Sequence record: OP752703.1
Length of the DNA: 64,000 nt
Reading direction: 5' to 3' (one strand)
The notes beneath the pieces were generated by a model, which saw only the letters and a program-made list of their open reading frames with translations, was not told the origin of the DNA and ran no database searches. The position numbers and the translations under genes are program-made. Positions 52,341 through 61,936 of this stretch are shown piece by piece. Within the stretch, counting starts at the first letter, position 1. Each line of letters begins with the position of its first letter.

Positions 52341-52342
52341 CT

Positions 52343-52645
52343 TTATAGCTTACCATCAATGATATCTTGCTTGCTACGTTCAGTGAATAGTGCATTCATC
52401 TTAGGTGCAGGCTTCTTCTTGATGGCCCAACGATCATTTACCACGTCTCGCTGTAGAATCCAATCGTTACCACGGAAGGTGAAGTGTGTCAAGATAAGAA
52501 TCTTGTTCTCACTTCCCTCAAAGTACATGCGATTGACTCTCACAGGAGTCTTTAGGTTAAAGGCCATGAAAGCCAGCAAGTCTCTACTTGCCTCGATATC
52601 CTTCATGGCCTTTGAATCGTCAGTGAAGTAACGATTCTCTTGCAT
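52343..52645 (-). CDS. hypothetical protein
   Basis: 100 aa. Confidence 0.6.
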   Translation of the reverse strand: MQENRYFTDDSKAMKDIEASRDLLAFMAFNLKTPVRVNRMYFEGSENKILILTHFTFRGNDWILQRDVVNDRWAIKKKPAPKMNALFTERSKQDIIDGKL

Positions 52646-52646
52646 T

Positions 52647-52907
52647 TTACTTCTTAACGACTAGGATGCAGTCAGCAAATGCACGAACAAAGCTGCCAGT
52701 CTTAGCCGACTTGTAGGTAAAGCCGTCGCCCTCAATCGGGACAACCTTACCGGTTGAAACGTCTTCAAAGATCACCTGACCACCGCTGTAGCACTTCACA
52801 TCGGCCTGATCGCCATAAGCGAAGACGTTAGCGATTTCTGCATCAGTACAGCCAGACAGGGAAGCGGTAGCAGCAATTAGAGCAACAGCTAGAAAAGTCT
52901 TACGCAT
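52647..52907 (-). CDS. lipoprotein
   Basis: LSGCTD lipobox; CYSGGQVIFED.STGKV. Confidence 0.8.
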   Translation of the reverse strand: MRKTFLAVALIAATASLSGCTDAEIANVFAYGDQADVKCYSGGQVIFEDVSTGKVVPIEGDGFTYKSAKTGSFVRAFADCILVVKK

Positions 52908-52921
52908 TTTAAGTCCTTGAT

Positions 52922-53143
52922 TTAGTTAGGGATTTTCTCGCATTTCATTTCACTACCGGGAATGAGAGTGACACGATTGCCAGTTTTCTTTGAAACATAT
53001 TCATACCCATCGAAATCGATGGGGGTTACTTTACCAATTGCAGTATCTTCAAAAACTACTTGTCCTTTAAGGCGACATTCAACGCCTTCTTTAGTGCAGG
53101 CAGTTAGGGTGATGACAGCAGCAATTAGAATCATAGTCCGCAT
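52922..53143 (-). CDS. lipoprotein, paralog of previous gene
   Basis: Start moved to MRTMI; LTAC; C...GQVVFED...GKV. Confidence 0.75.
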   Translation of the reverse strand: MRTMILIAAVITLTACTKEGVECRLKGQVVFEDTAIGKVTPIDFDGYEYVSKKTGNRVTLIPGSEMKCEKIPN

Positions 53144-53170
53144 GATATGTCTCTGTTTAGTTAGGGAAAT

Positions 53171-53256
53171 TGGTGGACAGGGTTGGATTCGAACCAACGT
53201 ACCCCGAAGGGAGCAGATTTACAGTCTGCCGGTTTTAACCACTCACCCACCTGTCC
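53171..53256 (-). tRNA. tRNA-Tyr(GTA)
   Basis: Class II, loop CT-GTA-AA, CCA. Confidence 0.95.
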
Positions 53257-53269
53257 GTGGATTCTTATT

Positions 53270-53593
53270 TTACCACCACCAGTGGATCAGAATCAATGCC
53301 TTTGGATCAATATCCGGCTTCTGTTCGGTGATGTATTGGATTGTAGCATGGTACTTGTCTTGTTTAACAAGCTTTTCCAGCGAAGAATGAATAATGTAAC
53401 AATCGTTACCTAGTTCATATTCGTCCCACATTTTGCGGACTTCATCTTCAACTTCAATAGGACACGTGGACCATTGAGCATCGAGATAGAAGACTTCACG
53501 GAAACCAGCGTTAACGTCATCCGGGTTAGGGGTGTCGTTCCACTTGTGGTGGTAACTGGAAGTCTTGCCAGACCATACAATCTTATCAGTCAT
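53270..53593 (-). CDS. hypothetical protein (paralog of 55136-55432)
   Basis: LD..W..CP.EV...VR.M; terminal WW. Confidence 0.7.
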   Translation of the reverse strand: MTDKIVWSGKTSSYHHKWNDTPNPDDVNAGFREVFYLDAQWSTCPIEVEDEVRKMWDEYELGNDCYIIHSSLEKLVKQDKYHATIQYITEQKPDIDPKALILIHWWW

Positions 53594-53603
53594 TTTATTT
53601 AGT

Positions 53604-53813
53604 TTACCAAATTGGAGGGTGAACTTCAATGTTATATACGTAATAATTAATTTCGTATAATTGACACTTGTGGATGAAATGTGATTCCAGCTTATGGATG
53701 GCATCCTGTTCGGATGTTGCCATTACAATACGAGTGATCGACGTTGTTACAGGTTTACACATGTAACGGTTGGTGTCAAGCGTTGCTTGAACTAGATACG
53801 GCTGGTCATTCAT
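53604..53813 (-). CDS. hypothetical protein
   Basis: TRIVMATSEQDAIHKL. Confidence 0.6.
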   Translation of the reverse strand: MNDQPYLVQATLDTNRYMCKPVTTSITRIVMATSEQDAIHKLESHFIHKCQLYEINYYVYNIEVHPPIW

Positions 53814-54003
53814 CGTAATCATCATCAGTCTCTAGAACAAGAATCTGATGCTCTAGCATACCGACCTTATTGCGCAGTTCGTCGCGCTCATTGGTTAGAT
53901 TACCAACCATGTTCGCAACAATCCTTAGAAACTCTTCATTGTTGTCTTTATGCCTGATCTGCAAGGTTCGCAGTTCAGTCTTATAAAACTGATGGTCGCT
54001 CAT
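53806..54003 (-). CDS. small coiled-coil protein
   Basis: Start moved to MSDHQ. Confidence 0.55.
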   Translation of the reverse strand: MSDHQFYKTELRTLQIRHKDNNEEFLRIVANMVGNLTNERDELRNKVGMLEHQILVLETDDDYDE

Positions 54004-54248
54004 AGTGTCTTCCAGCAATGGTGGTCACGAATTGTCTTTGCTACGTCTTCTGCATCAGTATACACCGTTACAGTGTGCTTGTCACTATCAATCACGATGT
54101 TAAGATCGGGATAGGTGGCACGCAGAGACTTTAGCACTTCCGCAGTTGTAATGATAGACTTTTCAGTCCCTACGATACTGCCCTGAAAGCCAAACTTAGC
54201 TTTCTTGGCCTTCATTTCACGGAAATACTGAGAGGTATCAATCTGCAT
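54000..54248 (-). CDS. hypothetical protein
   Basis: Coupled 82 aa. Confidence 0.65.
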   Translation of the reverse strand: MQIDTSQYFREMKAKKAKFGFQGSIVGTEKSIITTAEVLKSLRATYPDLNIVIDSDKHTVTVYTDAEDVAKTIRDHHCWKTL

Positions 54249-54472
54249 TAGATTTCAATCTCACAATCGCCGTGTTCGGCAACGTAGGCATCCAGTAGTG
54301 CGGTCAGGGATTCACTATAGCCGTAATCACGGCCAACACCCTTATACAGTTCCCATGTGTGGGACTCATAGCCGGGGATCATACGATCCTTTTGCATCTG
54401 AGTCAAGATGGCGTTGTAGTCGCCATGACCATTCTGAGAACCCCATGCAGCTACATCAGCGTAATCTTTCAT
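54248..54472 (-). CDS. hypothetical protein
   Basis: Coupled 74 aa. Confidence 0.65.
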   Translation of the reverse strand: MKDYADVAAWGSQNGHGDYNAILTQMQKDRMIPGYESHTWELYKGVGRDYGYSESLTALLDAYVAEHGDCEIEI

Positions 54473-54500
54473 TACTAACCTATTGATTTGTAAGGGAATT

Positions 54501-54576
54501 TGGTGGGTCGGGCGGGACTCGAACCCGCGACCAGAGGATTAAAAGTCCCCTGCTCTACCAACTGAGCTACCGACCC
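54501..54576 (-). tRNA. tRNA-Lys(TTT)
   Basis: Loop CT-TTT-AA, CCA. Confidence 0.96.
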
Positions 54577-54584
54577 GTGGAATT

Positions 54585-54660
54585 TGGTGGATCGCCCGAG
54601 ACTCGAACTCGGAACCTGTCGCTTAAGAGGCGAATGCTCTAACCATTGAGCTAGCAATCC
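54585..54660 (-). tRNA. tRNA-Lys(CTT)
   Basis: Loop CT-CTT-AA, CCA. Confidence 0.94.
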
Positions 54661-54661
54661 G

Positions 54662-54874
54662 TTATAGAAGTGGCAACTGGTTAAGCTGCCTGTCAATTAT
54701 GCTTAACTTACTTATATGAATAATTTTGCGAGTGCGCTTAAAATCTACCCAAGCCATCGCGGTCAAGTCATTCACATAGTAAACAGTACCTATTGCGTTG
54801 TCAACCCCCGTGTTCATACCAGTCACTTTAACACGGTCATTCTTGCGAATCGGTTGTGTATCAAGGTAAGACAC
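54662..54874 (-). CDS. small SH3/KOW-like protein
   Basis: KNDRVKV.....GTVYYV...AWVDF. Confidence 0.55.
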   Translation of the reverse strand: MSYLDTQPIRKNDRVKVTGMNTGVDNAIGTVYYVNDLTAMAWVDFKRTRKIIHISKLSIIDRQLNQLPLL

Positions 54875-54907
54875 GGGAGTATCCTGTCGTGGTTGAGAGA
54901 CGATATA

Positions 54908-55132
54908 TTAGTCTGATTCGATTCCGTTGTCAACAAGAATTTTCTTCAATCTCTTAACTTCGGCTTCTGCTCTCAGCGCTCGCTTAGTGGCAATCCATTC
55001 TTGCTCATGCCACAAATTGCGATTCTCTTCCATCCAGAAATATGCTTTACGCATTTCCTTTAGACGACGCACAGAACTCTTAGTATTCTCAGTACCTTTA
55101 GCCTTAATCTTTTTAGAGATTCGTGCCTTCAT
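54908..55132 (-). CDS. basic hypothetical protein
   Basis: 74 aa. Confidence 0.6.
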   Translation of the reverse strand: MKARISKKIKAKGTENTKSSVRRLKEMRKAYFWMEENRNLWHEQEWIATKRALRAEAEVKRLKKILVDNGIESD

Positions 55133-55135
55133 GGT

Positions 55136-55432
55136 TTACCACCAGTTATAGACTAGGAACTCAGTGTCTTCGGGAAGGTCGGGAGCAACGCTCTTGATGT
55201 AATCATACAGGACTTTATCGTCCTTGTAAAATTCAAAATTCTCGGCGTTCTCTTCTTCGCTGACTTCGGGATCATGCATCCACTGCGTCAGTTCTCTTAG
55301 GACGATCTTTCGTGCTGCGCCATTTCCATCCTCGCGCATCATGTTACGAACGGCATTCTTAACTTCTGGCGGACAATCAGATGCCCATACCGGATCAAGA
55401 ACCCACTGCTGCTGGAAAGTCTTATGGGACAT
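55136..55432 (-). CDS. hypothetical protein (paralog of 53270-53593)
   Basis: LD..W..DCPPEV...VR.M; terminal WW. Confidence 0.7.
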   Translation of the reverse strand: MSHKTFQQQWVLDPVWASDCPPEVKNAVRNMMREDGNGAARKIVLRELTQWMHDPEVSEEENAENFEFYKDDKVLYDYIKSVAPDLPEDTEFLVYNWW

Positions 55433-55458
55433 GTAAGTCTCTGAATTTTAAGGAAATT

Positions 55459-55546
55459 TGGCGGGCAGGGTGGGATTCGAACCCACGGAGGTATAACCCT
55501 CGGCGGTTTTCAAGACCGCTCGTATAAACCACTCACGCACCTACCC
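55459..55546 (-). tRNA. tRNA-Ser(TGA)
   Basis: Class II, loop CT-TGA-AA, G73, CCA. Confidence 0.95.
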
Positions 55547-55684
55547 ATATTTTAAACGATTATTTATGAACGATAATCGTCGTTGTCAAAACCAGCTTCG
55601 CGCTGATCGGCGTCATTATAACGGTAGGGATTGGTCGGAGTCAAGAGCTTTGCAATTGCTTCCTTTGCCTGCTGTTCAGTCTGT

Positions 55685-56161
55685 TCATTCTGCATCAGTT
55701 TTATCTCCGTTAGGGGGCCAAAAGGCATCAAGTGTTTCGATTAGATGATTACGTACTGTAGTATTAGCTTTCAAACTTTCGATGGTGAAAGCATACACCT
55801 TTTCATCCTGAAATACAACAAACTTCACATCATCAATCGGTGTTCCGTCAGTGACGTGGAAGAATGTGTCAGTGCGAGGATTATATTTAACCTGCGGGTG
55901 GTTGTCAAGGTCGAAACGCGCATCCGATTGGAAATACATATCTACCACAATGTAGGCATGAACCTGTTTCTTACCGCCAGCGACAATCTTCTGTCGCACA
56001 GTCTCAGACACACGGAACCCGTCTACCATGGCAAACGCAACGGGATACCCCACCTTTGCGAAGCGACCCTGTACCTTACCCCTACACTTAGACGAGAAAC
56101 CGCCACAGTTCAGGTTTCGGTAGATATAGTTTTTAGCACGCTTGCGCTTAGTAGTCGCCAC
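55685..56161 (-). CDS. conserved phage hypothetical protein
   Basis: YRNL...FS; F.V.E..RQK.....K.VHAY; V.YNP....F. Confidence 0.75.
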   Translation of the reverse strand: MATTKRKRAKNYIYRNLNCGGFSSKCRGKVQGRFAKVGYPVAFAMVDGFRVSETVRQKIVAGGKKQVHAYIVVDMYFQSDARFDLDNHPQVKYNPRTDTFFHVTDGTPIDDVKFVVFQDEKVYAFTIESLKANTTVRNHLIETLDAFWPPNGDKTDAE

Positions 56162-56648
56162 GAACCGGCTTCCCTACCTTGGTCATGCCATAGTGATCGC
56201 GTAGGCTCTTTAGGTCACGGAAGTAGATGATCGTATCAGTAACGATTTCTTCATCAGTACCCATGTAGTAGCGAGCGCCAGCCGGGATGACACCATAGAT
56301 GGTGACAACACCACGACCCATTAGGGTCGGGCGACCACTCCAACTTAGAGCAGTGGCATCATACGTGTAGGCGTGGAAGCCATGCTCTACCCTATTACCA
56401 CCAATACCGCCAGCCTGCATATCGGTCGTTAGTTTAACACCAAACTTGATCGGCGTATACTGGTACGGACTATGGAAGCTGTTCGGATTCTGATGATTGC
56501 GGCGGACACGCTTCTTAACGATCAGCGGTTGGGTCGCAACGAATTCGATAGGCGTGCGGATAGTGTGGTCATATTCCCAACTACGCTTCGCCTTAATTAC
56601 TTCCGTAGTCGCCTTATAATGGCGATCAGTATTAACATATAGACACAT
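56148..56648 (-). CDS. hypothetical protein
   Basis: 166 aa; GFHAY, IPAGARYYMG. Confidence 0.75.
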   Translation of the reverse strand: MCLYVNTDRHYKATTEVIKAKRSWEYDHTIRTPIEFVATQPLIVKKRVRRNHQNPNSFHSPYQYTPIKFGVKLTTDMQAGGIGGNRVEHGFHAYTYDATALSWSGRPTLMGRGVVTIYGVIPAGARYYMGTDEEIVTDTIIYFRDLKSLRDHYGMTKVGKPVRGDY

Positions 56649-56659
56649 GTTCTTATCCT

Positions 56660-57004
56660 TTAAAAGGTAATTGTAGTGTGAGCGAAATACTTCTGAATCA
56701 TAGCATCAGTGATACTCTTGTGCATGTTCAGGGCAATGAGCTTATCATATACCTTTAGGGCATATTCAGCATACTTACCAGCGGCCTGCGACACAAGGTC
56801 ATCATCTTCATTGATGTGACGTAGGTCAATCGTTAGAGCGTTAGCCACGCGGGTAGATAGCTCGATGCCTAGACCCTCAGTGATTAGTCCAGAACGGACC
56901 ATGTTGAGGAATTTGACATTGGTCGGGTGGAACAGGTTCGGGCAATCATCCTGTAGGTCCAGCATGAAGCCTTCCATTTGTAGATGGCGGTCGGTCATTT
57001 CCAA
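56660..57004 (-). CDS. hypothetical protein
   Basis: 114 aa in operon. Confidence 0.65.
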   Translation of the reverse strand: MEMTDRHLQMEGFMLDLQDDCPNLFHPTNVKFLNMVRSGLITEGLGIELSTRVANALTIDLRHINEDDDLVSQAAGKYAEYALKVYDKLIALNMHKSITDAMIQKYFAHTTITF

Positions 57005-57279
57005 TTCTCGTCGTTGTGGATGAATCCTAGCAGATCAAATGATTGTTTGCCAGTACCTACGCGCTCACTCATCATCGAGGCGTATTGAGTATAGCGTAGA
57101 ATCTTAGAGATTGCACGGGAGCGTTCTTCCTCAGTTTCCAGCGTACCGGTGACTAGGGCCGAATATGCCTCAGTTGATAGCTCGAACATGGCACGGAGTA
57201 CACCCGCCTTACGTCGCCACCCCTTGTAATAGGGATGGCCTTTCATACTTTTCGGTAGTTCGGGGAGACTCTTAATCAT
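56995..57279 (-). CDS. hypothetical protein
   Basis: 94 aa in operon. Confidence 0.65.
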   Translation of the reverse strand: MIKSLPELPKSMKGHPYYKGWRRKAGVLRAMFELSTEAYSALVTGTLETEEERSRAISKILRYTQYASMMSERVGTGKQSFDLLGFIHNDENWK

Positions 57280-57578
57280 CGTGCGGCCATGAATTTGAGT
57301 GGTTCGTTAGTATACGGCACTTCGCTGGAAGCTTCAAACTTTGCGCGCTGTTCATTGATGGCCTGTTGAATACCATAGATGATGTGCGACGATTCACGTT
57401 CCTGCGGAGTGGAGAACATGTGGCAGAATTTCACAAACATATTTTCAGCCACTTCAACGTCGCGCAAGCACTTAGCCTGCGCTAGGATGCGAGACACCTT
57501 GTTAAGGCCCTCAGTAACCTGTGAGTAATCCAGCTTCACGGGTTCGTGTGTCCACTTGCCGAAGATTTTGGAAAGCAT
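57276..57578 (-). CDS. hypothetical protein
   Basis: 100 aa in operon. Confidence 0.65.
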   Translation of the reverse strand: MLSKIFGKWTHEPVKLDYSQVTEGLNKVSRILAQAKCLRDVEVAENMFVKFCHMFSTPQERESSHIIYGIQQAINEQRAKFEASSEVPYTNEPLKFMAAR

Positions 57579-58180
57579 TAGTTAGTTCCTTGGTGGAATG
57601 CGCGGTCCCAATACTGTAGGGTTTCTTCCATTTCGTCGCCCCACACGGTACGCATTAGAGTGGAAATGTAATAGTAAAGACTTTCAAAGTGCTTCACGTA
57701 CAGATTGTGATTGAATGCCTCTAGAGGCACTTGTAGATGATGCCACAACATAAACAGTCGAGTCAAGCGACGATGGTTGTGGTCACGCGGATTGTCGATC
57801 CATGCCAGACGTTCCGGGTGGCTCTCCTGCATAATAAAGACAGAACCAGCATTAGTCAAGCCAATGCCAATTGAATCCATGTATCGTGCCATTAGTTCAC
57901 CGATGGCAATATACACGTCCTCAGTGTGACCACTGACAGGGAATCCGTCCACGTAAGTATGGCGAAGGAATTCGTTAAAGTCAATGATCGGAGCGTTCGG
58001 GTTGAACATTGACGGAACACTAGACGGGAATGCCCACTGAATGTGGTTGTGACATTCTTCCCAGCGCTCCGGGGTGAACGTCAGATATTCCGTGACGTAT
58101 CGCCCTTCACGATCAGGGGAGCTACCCGACAGGAATGCCAGTGCAGCGAAGGTGTTAGGGTTTTCCATGGGAGTGAACAT
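57578..58180 (-). CDS. opioid growth factor receptor-related (OGFr N-terminal-like) protein
   Basis: D..GR....W.E.HNHIQWAFP....S.FNPNAP; DHNHRRLTR. Confidence 0.8.
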   Translation of the reverse strand: MFTPMENPNTFAALAFLSGSSPDREGRYVTEYLTFTPERWEECHNHIQWAFPSSVPSMFNPNAPIIDFNEFLRHTYVDGFPVSGHTEDVYIAIGELMARYMDSIGIGLTNAGSVFIMQESHPERLAWIDNPRDHNHRRLTRLFMLWHHLQVPLEAFNHNLYVKHFESLYYYISTLMRTVWGDEMEETLQYWDRAFHQGTN

Positions 58181-58353
58181 TAGTAGTCCACTCGCGTGTT
58201 GGAATGCTTTGCAGCGGTTTCGTCTTCCAATTCATCTTCCAGATCAAGCAGTTCATCCTCTAGATCAAAGATGGTATCTTCGTCTGCGCCATTGGCACGG
58301 GCGATAGCTAGCTGCTGGGACACTTCACGGATGCGAACGATTAGGTTGCTCAT
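58180..58353 (-). CDS. small acidic coiled-coil protein (57 aa, below track cutoff)
   Basis: MSNLIVRIREV...DLEDELLDLEDELED; TAATG-coupled. Confidence 0.65.
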   Translation of the reverse strand: MSNLIVRIREVSQQLAIARANGADEDTIFDLEDELLDLEDELEDETAAKHSNTRVDY

Positions 58354-58433
58354 TTCTCTTTTAAGTAGTTAGGGAGTTTGTTGGGAGCCAATAATTTAGC
58401 TCCCGTGTATATTAGCCTAGACTTTTCAGTCTG

Positions 58434-59162
58434 TCAAGCGAAACCGCCATCTTTCTTACGCACAAAGCCGATTTCATCCTTTCGTGCCTTCCCCTTGGGG
58501 AATAGTGCCACAATGTGGCCACCCTTCGGGTCGAGGAAACGCAGGTCGGTTTCGTCACCATCAACCACCGGATACCCACCCCACGTGTCAGGCTTTGCTT
58601 CTTTACGCTTTACGTCCATCACTACAGCGACATTGTAACCCTGAGCCAGCGCCTTTACAGCAGACTTGTCGTTTTCTTCCGACAGGCTAAAGGTAAGGTG
58701 ATAGTTCGGCAGGGACAGTGCCTTGTGACGATTGAGGATTTTCGTGTAATCGTAGAACTGCACTTCACTAAATGCCTCAATCAGGGAATCATACTTGACG
58801 CCATTACGAACGCAAGCAAACTTTTCCCAAGGCATATCAGACGTGCCGTTTAGACGGACAACCGGAATCATCTTTTCACGGCCAGCTTTGCGGATCAAGG
58901 CTTCGATATCCTTTACCAGATTGGCAATGAAAGCGTTGCGGTCAGCAAAGAAACGCTGAGTCTTATCAATACGCGACTGCTGCACATTGTTATAGACACC
59001 ACGGCCAGCAGTGTTAAGACAAGCGGCTGCGCAACCAGCACTGGCCTTCGGGCAAACCTGTCGGCCCGACAGATCGTAAGGGGCCAGATACAGCACACCG
59101 GTCAGATAACCCCGCTTGTTGCCCTTGATAGTCTTTGCGTCAGCGTTAACAGAAAGAAGCAT
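58434..59162 (-). CDS. gp88-like Cys-cluster protein (radical-SAM-related)
   Basis: CPKASAGCAAACL..AGRG, VRLNGTSD, FYDYTK, NYHLTFS, DGDETDLRFLD. Confidence 0.82.
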   Translation of the reverse strand: MLLSVNADAKTIKGNKRGYLTGVLYLAPYDLSGRQVCPKASAGCAAACLNTAGRGVYNNVQQSRIDKTQRFFADRNAFIANLVKDIEALIRKAGREKMIPVVRLNGTSDMPWEKFACVRNGVKYDSLIEAFSEVQFYDYTKILNRHKALSLPNYHLTFSLSEENDKSAVKALAQGYNVAVVMDVKRKEAKPDTWGGYPVVDGDETDLRFLDPKGGHIVALFPKGKARKDEIGFVRKKDGGFA

Positions 59163-59234
59163 TGCGATTCCCGTGTAATGATTTGATGTGCCTATAATAA
59201 CCTAAATCAGGATATTGTCAACAACAAAAATCAA

Positions 59235-59258
59235 AAAAGGGACCGAAAGGCCCCTTTT
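59235..59258 (-). terminator. rho-independent terminator
   Basis: AAAAGGGGCC-TTTC-GGTCCCTTTTTT. Confidence 0.75.
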
Positions 59259-59260
59259 CT

Positions 59261-59623
59261 TTACGCTGCAACTGCTGGGTTACGTACCTTACTTGCGTAG
59301 GTAGCCGCTACCGACTTCTTACAGCCGGTTTCAGCCATGATGGCGTCACGTAGCTGAATGTTGGTCATCGACGGATCAGCCGCAAAGATATTGCGAGCGC
59401 GGCCCATCGTGGTGACGCCAGCGGTATCAAGGGGACGGCCCTTAACACCAGTGCGAACCACCTTCTTTACCTTGACAGGCTTAGTAGCTTCTGCTACAGT
59501 GGTCGGTTCGGTGGTTACGGTATCGGTGCTAGTTGCGTCTGCGTTAGTCACTTCCTGTGACGCAACAACGGGACGGTCCTGTGCATCGGCTAGCTGAGAC
59601 AAGGTTACTTCGTTATTTGACAT
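59261..59623 (-). CDS. hypothetical protein, possible DNA-binding helical C-terminus
   Basis: Start moved to MSNNE; low-complexity linker, basic helical tail. Confidence 0.7.
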   Translation of the reverse strand: MSNNEVTLSQLADAQDRPVVASQEVTNADATSTDTVTTEPTTVAEATKPVKVKKVVRTGVKGRPLDTAGVTTMGRARNIFAADPSMTNIQLRDAIMAETGCKKSVAATYASKVRNPAVAA

Positions 59624-59723
59624 TGTTACTCTCTCCAAGAGATTTAAGTTAGTGTTTGGATGTTACGGGGTATATTCTATATCAGTGTGGGGGTGGTGTC
59701 AAGAAGTTGACGCCAAATTTTTG

Positions 59724-60164
59724 TCATTCAGCCGGTGGGCCGGGATTACGCACGGGCGGACGTGGCCCCGGCATATTCCAGTTCAAACCCGGTCGAATCG
59801 GAATGACCTGTGCAACAGGCTTCGGTGCAGCGGGAGTCGGCTGATTCTTCGCAGCTTCTTCCAGTTCACGTGTGATAATGAATTGCACGTGTTCCTTAAT
59901 CTTTGCAGCCTTAGCCAATTCACCGTTCATCTTTGCTAGCAGGGGTGCAGCATACGGGTCTTTGTCAAGCTCTCCATGCTTGTTGATCTTCTTAGCCTGA
60001 TCCAGATAATCCTGAGCCTTATTCTGGTGAGCCAGAATGCGACCCAACAGCACTTCCTTCATGGAAATTACTTCACCCTTCGGAGTCTCCGGGTTCATAG
60101 CCGCAGCAAACTTCTCCTGCAATTCCTTTGCTTTCTTGTTTTGATCTTCCGGGGTGTCAGCCAT
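59724..60164 (-). CDS. hypothetical protein
   Basis: Helical core, Pro-rich tail; GAGG RBS. Confidence 0.7.
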   Translation of the reverse strand: MADTPEDQNKKAKELQEKFAAAMNPETPKGEVISMKEVLLGRILAHQNKAQDYLDQAKKINKHGELDKDPYAAPLLAKMNGELAKAAKIKEHVQFIITRELEEAAKNQPTPAAPKPVAQVIPIRPGLNWNMPGPRPPVRNPGPPAE

Positions 60165-60193
60165 GTGTGCCTCAAATGATTTAGTGTGAGTGA

Positions 60194-60243
60194 ATTATAG
60201 GGCATGAAAAAAGCCCTGTCAAGCGATTTCGACAGGGCTTTTT
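60194..60243 (-). terminator. terminator whose 3' arm contains the -35 of a consensus sigma70 promoter
   Basis: AAAAAGCCCTGTC-10-GACAGGGCTTTTT; TTGACA-17-TATAAT. Confidence 0.8.
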
Positions 60244-60250
60244 AATTTTT

Positions 60251-61351
60251 TTACAGCGGAGTGCGGAGGAAGTAATCGCGGGCCTTCTGAATGACCTTCG
60301 GAGCAATGTCCTTCTTCCAGTCAAATTCATTGTTAGCGATAGTGTCGGTGTGTTCCTTTAGAACGTCACGGCTAACCCATTGCAGGTATTCGCCCATGTT
60401 CTTTGTAGAGATAACACCGCCATTGGCCTGCTTAACTTCTGACACGCCCTGTTCCATACGCCATTCCGGCAGGATTTCATCGATCAGTTCACCGACCTTG
60501 GCAACCTTCACCGGATCAACGTGTACGAGATTGGTCGGCTTCGTCTTATTCGACTTCTGGTGCAGCAGGCCCTTAACCTTAAATCCCCACTCACGCTTTT
60601 CAGCGAATTCGCCAGTTGGCATCCAGACGATACCTTCACCGATGCCCTTCACACCAAACTGAGCAGCCCAAGGGCATTCCTCTTCATACGCGAGGGTGCG
60701 TTCTTCCAAATCCTGAGTAACCTTTTCCGGGTTAGCAAAGTCAATGGTGATGAACTGCGGCTGTACTTCATCAATCAGGTAGATACCAGCAGCGTGCAGG
60801 CGATCCAGAATGGTCATTTCACTGAAAGTCGGGTGTGCGCGCTGGAAACCCTTTGACACACGATCACTTTCAATCAGAAGCGACTGCCAGTCGATAGTAA
60901 CCAGTTCATCGGTATCCGTATCACGCACAGCGAACACAACAAAGTGCTTATCCAGTTCGTTAAGGGCAACACCCTTCTGGATCGAACCGCCACACCATTC
61001 ACCGTAGAAGATGTAATGGTTTTCCTTACCCTCTTCCACATGCACACCCGGCTTGTCCTGATAATGCAGGTAATGGGCCAGTAGAGCGAATGCGTGGGTA
61101 GAAATGTCACGGGCCACGAACTGAGCAAAGCCAGCATTGTCATTCTGTAGAGACAGGATGTTGTTGCGACTCTGAGCGATCAGGCCATCCGGGGTGACAG
61201 TGACACCGCCATTGGAACCGTGCAGCTTGACAGTACCCTTAAAGGTAACAGTCGGTGCAGCGATGCGATGGAAGTCTGCATAACGGCGGACATTGGCAAC
61301 GACATTACGCAGGCTTTCGATAGAACCAAACTTCTTCATTTCGGTAGACAT
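60251..61351 (-). CDS. RNA ligase, Rnl2-like family
   Basis: F.GTVKLHGSNG (motif I KxHGxN), QSRN, YGEWCG, F.VFAV, GEGIVW, FKVKG. Confidence 0.8.
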   Translation of the reverse strand: MSTEMKKFGSIESLRNVVANVRRYADFHRIAAPTVTFKGTVKLHGSNGGVTVTPDGLIAQSRNNILSLQNDNAGFAQFVARDISTHAFALLAHYLHYQDKPGVHVEEGKENHYIFYGEWCGGSIQKGVALNELDKHFVVFAVRDTDTDELVTIDWQSLLIESDRVSKGFQRAHPTFSEMTILDRLHAAGIYLIDEVQPQFITIDFANPEKVTQDLEERTLAYEEECPWAAQFGVKGIGEGIVWMPTGEFAEKREWGFKVKGLLHQKSNKTKPTNLVHVDPVKVAKVGELIDEILPEWRMEQGVSEVKQANGGVISTKNMGEYLQWVSRDVLKEHTDTIANNEFDWKKDIAPKVIQKARDYFLRTPL

Positions 61352-61548
61352 TAGAGCCTCTTTAGGTCTGAGTGATGGACATTTCCGTTAACGACGATGT
61401 TACCGGAAATACATTTTAATTGCAAGTGGTGGCCTTCATGAATTGCAACCACTTCAAACTTATGCCCCATGTAACTATCGTAGAAGGGCGCGTAAGGTGG
61501 CTTGAATACATGTGAACGAAAACAGACGTGCATTCCGATACCGATCAT
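61351..61548 (-). CDS. hypothetical protein
   Basis: Coupled 65 aa. Confidence 0.6.
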   Translation of the reverse strand: MIGIGMHVCFRSHVFKPPYAPFYDSYMGHKFEVVAIHEGHHLQLKCISGNIVVNGNVHHSDLKRL

Positions 61549-61823
61549 GGCGTTTTGATATCCTCTGGCGGTTTAGGTGGGAAGTTAGCTACCATAACCT
61601 CAACGTCATCCTCTGTCAATAGTTTAACTACGACAAGGGATTGGGTCTGTGTCATCATATCAATGGCAGGCTTCCCCTCGAATACGTCACCGACCTTTAG
61701 GAATGGAGCAGTCGAACGGAGAATCTTAAATGAATTCCCCTTGGTGTCAATCACCTTGATGTTGCCATCAGATTTATGTGACACAGTTTTAACTTTGTAG
61801 TATTGTTTAATCTCTGGATGCAT
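61545..61823 (-). CDS. hypothetical protein
   Basis: Coupled 92 aa. Confidence 0.6.
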   Translation of the reverse strand: MHPEIKQYYKVKTVSHKSDGNIKVIDTKGNSFKILRSTAPFLKVGDVFEGKPAIDMMTQTQSLVVVKLLTEDDVEVMVANFPPKPPEDIKTP

Positions 61824-61827
61824 AGTA

Positions 61828-61936
61828 TTAACGCCTGCGTTAGGACTTAATCAGTCTGTGTAGTACGTATTGAGTCGGTTAAGGACAGAGCCATGCCTGC
61901 TGGAATCGCTGGGGTTAACGCATGCGTTAGGACTTA
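61828..61936. repeat. 22-bp motif copies 2 and 3 (direct repeats 87 bp apart)
   Basis: 61828-61849 identical to 25231-25252; 61915-61936 has one mismatch. Confidence 0.85.
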
